NCBI RefSeq assembly: GCF_030070105.2
Contig: NZ_CP194951.1
Coordinates: forward strand, 537,981-569,980
Source: Bermanella sp. WJH001
GTDB lineage: Bacteria; Pseudomonadota; Gammaproteobacteria; Pseudomonadales; Oceanobacteraceae
Length of the DNA: 32,000 bases
Direction: 5' to 3'
Positions 27,084 through 32,000 of this stretch are shown here, piece by piece. Position 1 is the stretch's first letter, and every line of letters starts with the position of its first letter. Under the pieces are notes generated by a model that did not search any database, was not told the origin of the DNA, and was given only the letters and a program-made list of their open reading frames with translations. The position numbers were made by a program, and so were the translations under genes.

Positions 27084-27113
27084 AAAAAAGCGAGCTTAGG
27101 CTCGCTTTTTTTA
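27084..27113. terminator. Bidirectional rho-independent terminator (trxB / ppiC convergent)
   Basis: A 7-bp stem AGCGAGC/GCTCGCT with a TTAG loop is flanked by A6 and T7. Confidence 0.85.
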
Positions 27114-27121
27114 TGTCTCAA

Positions 27122-27388
27122 TTAAAGGCCTTCTAGTTTGATGAGGTGCAGGCCATGGCGGCTTTCAAGTGGGCCAATGACATCGCCGATGTTCGCTTCG
27201 TTTAGAGCCTCAAGAATCGATTGAGGTAACACCGACTGATCCAGTTTCCCCCAGTCGCCACCATTGCTGCCACTTGGGCAGGCACTGTGTTCACGAGCAA
27301 GCTGCGCAAAGTCAGCCCCTTGATTGATCGCCTGAAGAATGGGTTCTACTAATAAAGGGGTTTTTAATAAAATATGCTTTGCTTCCAT
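27122..27388 (-). CDS. ppiC: Parvulin-type peptidyl-prolyl cis-trans isomerase C
   Basis: The protein is colinear with E. coli PpiC (HIL.K...GADFAQLAREHSACPSG..GGD.G...GLHLIK). I prefer ATG 27388 over the GTG at 27397 used by the track. Confidence 0.85.
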   Translation of the reverse strand: MEAKHILLKTPLLVEPILQAINQGADFAQLAREHSACPSGSNGGDWGKLDQSVLPQSILEALNEANIGDVIGPLESRHGLHLIKLEGL

Positions 27389-27513
27389 GATTTTCACTCA
27401 AGGGCGGTTCATTTACAGTCTAGACTATTAACACAAGGTTCAAGTAGGTAGAATGCGTCGCCCACGAGGCAGTCGTTACTGCCAATAAAGATCATGAGTA
27501 TTAGGGGGAGTAC

Positions 27514-27801
27514 ATGGCTCGAGGTGGATTTCGTCGCAACAAGGTTCAAAAGCAACAAGGTAAGGGTGAGTTACAGGCCGTTACCAGCGAAGGTCCCTTC
27601 ATAGAGTGGGTAGGCAAACCTGAATACTATCGTCATCAACTGACCATTGATGGCAGCCAGTACCGTTACGAAAGCGACAGTACAGACTTAGGCGTAGCCA
27701 TTGGTGATATGGTGGTGTTTCGCTTTGTTGATCATGCGGATGGTTTAATCGTCGATCGTCGCTCTTTAGGCAAGTGGATCGACCCTGCCAGTTTTTCATA
27801 A
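27514..27801 (+). CDS. Hypothetical protein (95 aa)
   Basis: It has a strong Shine-Dalgarno (GGGGGAG) and a clean terminator downstream. The N-terminus is basic. No family was recognised. Confidence 0.55.
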   Translation: MARGGFRRNKVQKQQGKGELQAVTSEGPFIEWVGKPEYYRHQLTIDGSQYRYESDSTDLGVAIGDMVVFRFVDHADGLIVDRRSLGKWIDPASFS

Positions 27802-27821
27802 TCTGAAAAACTTACGAGCAT

Positions 27822-27852
27822 AAAAAAACGCCAGCTTAGCTGGCGTTTTTTG
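27822..27852. terminator. Bidirectional rho-independent terminator (95-aa gene / minE convergent)
   Basis: The stem CGCCAGC/GCTGGCG with a TTA loop is flanked by A7 and T6. Confidence 0.85.
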
Positions 27853-27869
27853 TGTCACTTGATCAGGCA

Positions 27870-28118
27870 TCAATTTGGTAGCGTGATATTCAGCTCAAGC
27901 ACGGATAACTGTTCATGGTTATCAATTTGAACATTGATGTCTTCGTCACCAACATTCACGTATTTTGAAACAACCGCCATGATTTCACGCTGTAATGCCG
28001 GCAGGTAGTCAGGTGCATTGCGTTGGTTACGCTCGTGGGTGACCAAAATCTGTAAGCGTTCTTTTGCAACAGATGCGCTTTTAGGCTCTTCGTTTTTAAA
28101 TAGTCCAAGTAGTCCCAT
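27870..28118 (-). CDS. minE: Cell division topological specificity factor MinE
   Basis: The 82-aa protein starts MGLLGLFKN...SASVAKERLQILV. It starts 1 nt after the minD stop, with GGAGG inside the minD end. Confidence 0.95.
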   Translation of the reverse strand: MGLLGLFKNEEPKSASVAKERLQILVTHERNQRNAPDYLPALQREIMAVVSKYVNVGDEDINVQIDNHEQLSVLELNITLPN

Positions 28119-28119
28119 G

Positions 28120-28926
28120 TTAGCCTCCGAATACGCGTGCCAAGAAGCCTTTTTTCTGAGCTTCTAGGAATCGGTGAGGGATGTCTTGGCCAATTAAGCG
28201 CTTCACTGCATCGCTGTATGCTTGGCCGGCATCACTGGTGTTTTCTAAAATAACCGGTGTGCCTTGGTTGGATGCTTTTAGTACATCTTGTGATTCAGGG
28301 ATCACACCTAATAAATCCACCGCTAAAATGTCTTCAACATCGGTGACACTTAGCATCTCACCTTCGGTGACACGTTTAGGGTTATAGCGAGTGAGCAATA
28401 GATGTTCTTTAACTTGCTCACCGTTTTCAGCTTTACGGCTTTTGCTTTGCAAAATACCAATGATGCGATCGCTATCACGCACTGAACTGACTTCTGGGTT
28501 GGTCACTATGATGGCTTCATCCGCAAAGTACAGTGCCATTTGAGCCCCTTGCTCAATACCGGCTGGGCTGTCACAAATGATGTAATCAAAGTCTTTACTG
28601 AGTTCATTTAACACGCGCTCAACCCCTTCACGGTTAAGGGCGTCTTTATCTCGAGTTTGTGATGCAGGCAGCACATATAGGTTTTCAGTGCGTTTGTCTT
28701 TAATAAGGGTTTGTTTGAGGTTGGACTCACCGTTAATCACGTTTACGAAGTCATACACCACGCGGCGCTCACAACCCATAATCAAATCTAGATTACGTAG
28801 ACCCACGTCAAAATCAATGACCACAGTTTTATAGCCATTTAGAGCAAGCCCCGTGCTGATTGCTGCGCTTGTGGTGGTTTTACCCACACCACCTTTGCCT
28901 GAGGTTACTACGATGATTTTAGACAT
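28120..28926 (-). CDS. minD: Septum site-determining ATPase MinD
   Basis: It has the deviant Walker A SGKGGVGKTT and a C-terminal amphipathic helix (KKGFLARVFGG). Confidence 0.97.
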   Translation of the reverse strand: MSKIIVVTSGKGGVGKTTTSAAISTGLALNGYKTVVIDFDVGLRNLDLIMGCERRVVYDFVNVINGESNLKQTLIKDKRTENLYVLPASQTRDKDALNREGVERVLNELSKDFDYIICDSPAGIEQGAQMALYFADEAIIVTNPEVSSVRDSDRIIGILQSKSRKAENGEQVKEHLLLTRYNPKRVTEGEMLSVTDVEDILAVDLLGVIPESQDVLKASNQGTPVILENTSDAGQAYSDAVKRLIGQDIPHRFLEAQKKGFLARVFGG

Positions 28927-28990
28927 GTGCTGAACTCGCTTAAGCAGTGAACATCCTGCTTTATATTAATTATTGTCTGGTGAGTATTTA

Positions 28991-29665
28991 TTAAACGCTT
29001 TCTATAATCAAGCGCTCTTCTTTAAGGTGTATGTGGCAGGTTTTCTGCCAGTGCTCACTGGCCAAGTCATCGCTCACTTGATATTGCCCGGCGATGGCCA
29101 GTAGTTCACTTTCTAATTTCTGGCAGGTAATACTGGCACTGGTGTCGCCATTAATACCGGCCAGTGCACGTCCATAAAGGGTGCCGTAAATATGAATGCT
29201 GCCGCTGGCTAGCACTTCTGCCCCTTGCCCGACATTGCCAAATACCACTAAATCCCCATTGGGATTGATAACTTGCTGGCCACTGCGAACCGCTTGTTTT
29301 ACAAATTTAGCGGGTTGGGGTGTTGGCGCTGCCGCTTTTTGTGATTTGGGTGAATCATTAAAAAGAGGTAGGTTTAAGTGTTCAGCTACCAGGTGTTGGT
29401 CTTGTTCACAGCGCAGACCCACAGGAATAAATCCTAATTTTTTTAGGGTTTCTATTAGGCTTTCGCTCCACTCAAGTGAGATGGGCTGATTCGGCAGTGC
29501 AATGACCACTGGAGCGTTTTTAAGTAATTGGGGGGCTTTCGCTAGACGTTGTTGTAAGTCGAATTGAATGGCCGATATATCTAAGCTTTCAAGCTGCAAC
29601 AAGGTAAATGGGTGCAGGCTGGCTTTGAGTTGTAAAACCGGGGTTGTATTACGGGCCGCGTCCAT
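28991..29665 (-). CDS. minC: Septum site-determining protein MinC
   Basis: The N-terminus is PVLQLKASLHPFTLLQL and the C-terminal beta-helix carries GTLYGRALAG. The start is set at ATG 29665, with AAGGAA 7 nt upstream. The longer track ORF (to 29701) would run into the upstream terminator hairpin. Confidence 0.9.
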   Translation of the reverse strand: MDAARNTTPVLQLKASLHPFTLLQLESLDISAIQFDLQQRLAKAPQLLKNAPVVIALPNQPISLEWSESLIETLKKLGFIPVGLRCEQDQHLVAEHLNLPLFNDSPKSQKAAAPTPQPAKFVKQAVRSGQQVINPNGDLVVFGNVGQGAEVLASGSIHIYGTLYGRALAGINGDTSASITCQKLESELLAIAGQYQVSDDLASEHWQKTCHIHLKEERLIIESV

Positions 29666-29684
29666 GACTGTGTTCCTTGCGCGT

Positions 29685-29710
29685 GAAAAAGGCCAGTGCA
29701 TTCACTGGCC
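29685..29710 (-). terminator. Rho-independent terminator after the DUF1244-HopJ gene
   Basis: An 8-bp stem GGCCAGTG/CACTGGCC with a 4-nt loop is followed on the minus strand by TTTTT. Confidence 0.7.
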
Positions 29711-29732
29711 AGTTACTTTACTGCTTTGTGGC

Positions 29733-30377
29733 TTATGCCTCAACGGCTTTTAGGCTTAAAGGGGCGTGTTCAAATTGAATGCCAGCCCAGCCATGGCGCA
29801 TGAATTGACGGATATTCTGATGGTCCGATCCATCAGGGGTCGCCAATACATCACGGTAATGCTCACCAAAGCTTTTAAGGGCTTGTTCTGGGGTGAAACC
29901 GTTTAAACGGCCCAATGCAAATACTTTTAGGCTACCTTCGTTTTTGCCTTGTTCGTTTTTGGCGGCTTGCTCATCTAGGCCGTTGGTGAAAGCAGTTGGG
30001 TGCAGGTCATACCATTTTTCAACTAAGGCTAAGGTTTCACTGAATTGATTATCACCGCTTTCTAAGCGAGAACGGAACGCGCTCATGTCTTTTTGTAATG
30101 CTTGTTGTTGATTAAACAAGGCCATCTCATGGGCGGAGCTGTCTAGTTGATACTGCTTTTTCCATTCATCTTGAGGCATGCCATAGGCCCACTCACGTTC
30201 AGCGCCATCCGCCAACGCTATGCCGGCTTCTTGGGCTGCACTTTTATACCATTTGCCTAAACAGTTTCGGCAAAACCCAGCAAGGGTCATTAACTGAATA
30301 TTTTGAACGTCTTTGCGGGTATCTAGGTGTTTTAAAAAGCGGCGCATGACGGCGGCTTCAATGGCGTTTTTATCCAT
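29733..30377 (-). CDS. DUF1244 domain fused to HopJ type III effector-family domain
   Basis: The N-terminal half (DVQNIQLMTLAGFCRNCLGKWY...YGMPQDEWKKQYQ) matches DUF1244 as I recall it. The C-terminal half (NEGSLKVFALGRLNGF...HYRDVLATPDGSDHQNIRQFMRHGWAGIQF) matches the HopJ family. Confidence 0.8.
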   Translation of the reverse strand: MDKNAIEAAVMRRFLKHLDTRKDVQNIQLMTLAGFCRNCLGKWYKSAAQEAGIALADGAEREWAYGMPQDEWKKQYQLDSSAHEMALFNQQQALQKDMSAFRSRLESGDNQFSETLALVEKWYDLHPTAFTNGLDEQAAKNEQGKNEGSLKVFALGRLNGFTPEQALKSFGEHYRDVLATPDGSDHQNIRQFMRHGWAGIQFEHAPLSLKAVEA

Positions 30378-30470
30378 GAAAAGTACTTATTTTTTAACAA
30401 ATGTGGCGCTATTGTACTGGCCTTCGCCACAAGGGCAAATACCTTGTCGGTATATAACACGCCAAATAGG

Positions 30471-31373
30471 TTAACGATTACGAAACGGCACGTTATGGGT
30501 GCAAAGATAACGCCCCCATTCGATGACTCCACGAGGAAAGTGGCGGTGAAATAATGCTTCTACAATTTGTGCGGTGCGGTAGTCGGTTTTTTTAAGGACT
30601 AAAAAAACTAAGTCGCTGCGACGCCATTCAAACTCCGCTAATTGGCAGGGTATTTTTGAGGCGCGAACAAGATAGGCAATTTGATAGGCCGATTCACGTT
30701 TCATTAACAGCACCCAATACCGGCTGCGCATGATTTCAACGGTTCTCATGTCAATATGCTGAATTTCGATATCCGCTTTGACAGTCAGGTCTCGGCCTTT
30801 GTCACGACAATGCATAAGCAATGAGGCAAAGTTTCTGGGCTCGCCATCGTTACAAAAATAATAGCGCCCATCCCACTCTCGATAGGCAAAAGGAAAGTGC
30901 TGGCTTTTGTCTCCAAACACTTCATAGGTTAATTGATCAAAGTGTTCGGCATGGTGTTTGGGAATATCCTTACATTCGTTTTCGGCGTATTCAACGATAT
31001 CTTGGTAATCGTAATCAACCACACTGGACTCAACGGCCGTAATATTGCGCATGGATAGATAGCGCTTGTAACGCTTGGTTTTATAGATTTTCTTTAAAAG
31101 CTGAGCGCAATCCTTCCACTGATCACCGGCCTGTTCTAACGAGTTTGCGGCTGCGGTATTGGCCGCTGATACGGATAACCAGCGATGGCTTAAGAAACTT
31201 CGAGGGTTGATGTCGCCAATCATTTCCATTGGCATTTCAGAGACATAACGTACGCAATACCAAACCGGAAACAGTTTTTGTAATAGCACATTTGCCCAGG
31301 TTTCAATATCCACAGGACCCGACTTGGGTTTTTTAGGGCTGCCACTTGGGCTGGGTAGATTGGCATCACTCAT
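30471..31373 (-). CDS. Hypothetical protein (300 aa)
   Basis: A long ORF with no signal peptide or TM segment and no family I can name. Confidence 0.6.
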   Translation of the reverse strand: MSDANLPSPSGSPKKPKSGPVDIETWANVLLQKLFPVWYCVRYVSEMPMEMIGDINPRSFLSHRWLSVSAANTAAANSLEQAGDQWKDCAQLLKKIYKTKRYKRYLSMRNITAVESSVVDYDYQDIVEYAENECKDIPKHHAEHFDQLTYEVFGDKSQHFPFAYREWDGRYYFCNDGEPRNFASLLMHCRDKGRDLTVKADIEIQHIDMRTVEIMRSRYWVLLMKRESAYQIAYLVRASKIPCQLAEFEWRRSDLVFLVLKKTDYRTAQIVEALFHRHFPRGVIEWGRYLCTHNVPFRNR

Positions 31374-31524
31374 AGGCTGATTACAACATTCCTTAATGCC
31401 CGCTAAAGCGTATTGGCGGCTTAGATTGGGTAGAGTCCTTTGGGTTTATGTCGGCCTAAAACTCGACAACTTTAATGAACTCTGCTTAAAACTAAGTAGG
31501 TGTATTAGAGTATAGGGGAAAAAT

Positions 31525-31992
31525 ATGGCTAAGCCCCAAGATGATAGCCAACCCAAATATATGCATATTGAGGGTAAAACTCAGTATGAAATGGCCCAGT
31601 CTATTGACGCTGCATTTGCGGCGGCGGAAGCGTCCATTCATCACCAATCCGAAGAAGTGGCGCTACAGTGGTGGTATCAGCAGTTTGAGTTGCAGATTCA
31701 AGAGGAATTCAATGTCCCTGACTCATGTTTGCCCAGTGGTAATGTGACAAACGAACAGAGCTTTTTGCAGCTGTATCTGGCACTGGTCAAGCGTACATTG
31801 CAAATACAGGGTGATCCAAAGCAAAAACTCAGTGCCGGTATTACAATTAATTTATTATTAGAGCGAAGCTTGTTAGACGCTATTGATATGATGCAGGCGA
31901 AACAAATATGGCGGTTTGATCTGCAACGTAAGTTACAAACTTTGCAAGGACGATTGATTAATGAGCGCCCCTCCCCAGCTGCCTCCTCCTAA
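31525..31992 (+). CDS. Hypothetical protein (155 aa)
   Basis: A complete ORF with a GGGGAAAAAT-ATG Shine-Dalgarno, divergent from the 300-aa gene. No family was recognised. Confidence 0.5.
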   Translation: MAKPQDDSQPKYMHIEGKTQYEMAQSIDAAFAAAEASIHHQSEEVALQWWYQQFELQIQEEFNVPDSCLPSGNVTNEQSFLQLYLALVKRTLQIQGDPKQKLSAGITINLLLERSLLDAIDMMQAKQIWRFDLQRKLQTLQGRLINERPSPAASS

Positions 31993-32000
31993 AGCGCAGC

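Overview
The window looks like chromosomal DNA from a moderately AT-rich, probably marine, gammaproteobacterium. This is inferred from gene content (minCDE, trxB, ppiC, FadL, TonB-dependent receptor); no rRNA or tRNA is present to confirm it. I support about 30 protein genes. No transposase, integrase, CRISPR array or RNA gene was found.

Layout, left to right:
- 142-1747 (-): a tightly coupled operon of YbjQ, membrane-anchored YbjQ and a membrane-anchored M48 metallopeptidase.
- 2317-3504 (-): a thiolase whose 3' UTR carries a perfect (TCTAACG)x16 heptamer array.
- 3957-10186 (+): the locus I consider most interesting. It is an operon of a roughly 945-aa VolA/Pla-1-like surface lipoprotein lipase, a DUF1302 beta-barrel-like protein and a DUF1329 protein. 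A MalT-type STAND/LuxR regulator and an atypical receiver-domain protein follow at 10427-14369.
- 14381-20748: a divergent LysR-FadL pair, an orphan gene with a textbook sigma-54, IHF and upstream-repeat promoter architecture, and a TonB-dependent receptor followed by a second, related heptamer array (TCTAACA)x4.
- 20845-24762: a DUF523/DUF1722 protein, an AT-rich islet of orphan genes, and a PIN-PhoH2 ATPase.
- 25001-25714 (-): a stand-alone membrane protein whose N-terminus is two perfect MshEN c-di-GMP-binding motifs.
- 26116-31992: housekeeping trxB, ppiC and minCDE, a DUF1244-HopJ fusion, and two divergent orphan genes.

Non-coding structure not explained by genes:
- two related heptamer microsatellites, each directly 3' of a minus-strand stop codon;
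- a dispersed 130-150 nt GC-hairpin element (two copies) sharing a GACGCGCGCAGCGC-type core with a 24-bp perfect palindrome;
- an exact 11-mer, TTTTGTGAAAG, found three times (plus one variant), always intergenic and beside GC hairpins.

All functional calls rest on motifs I can read in the translations and on recalled family knowledge. No database search was run.
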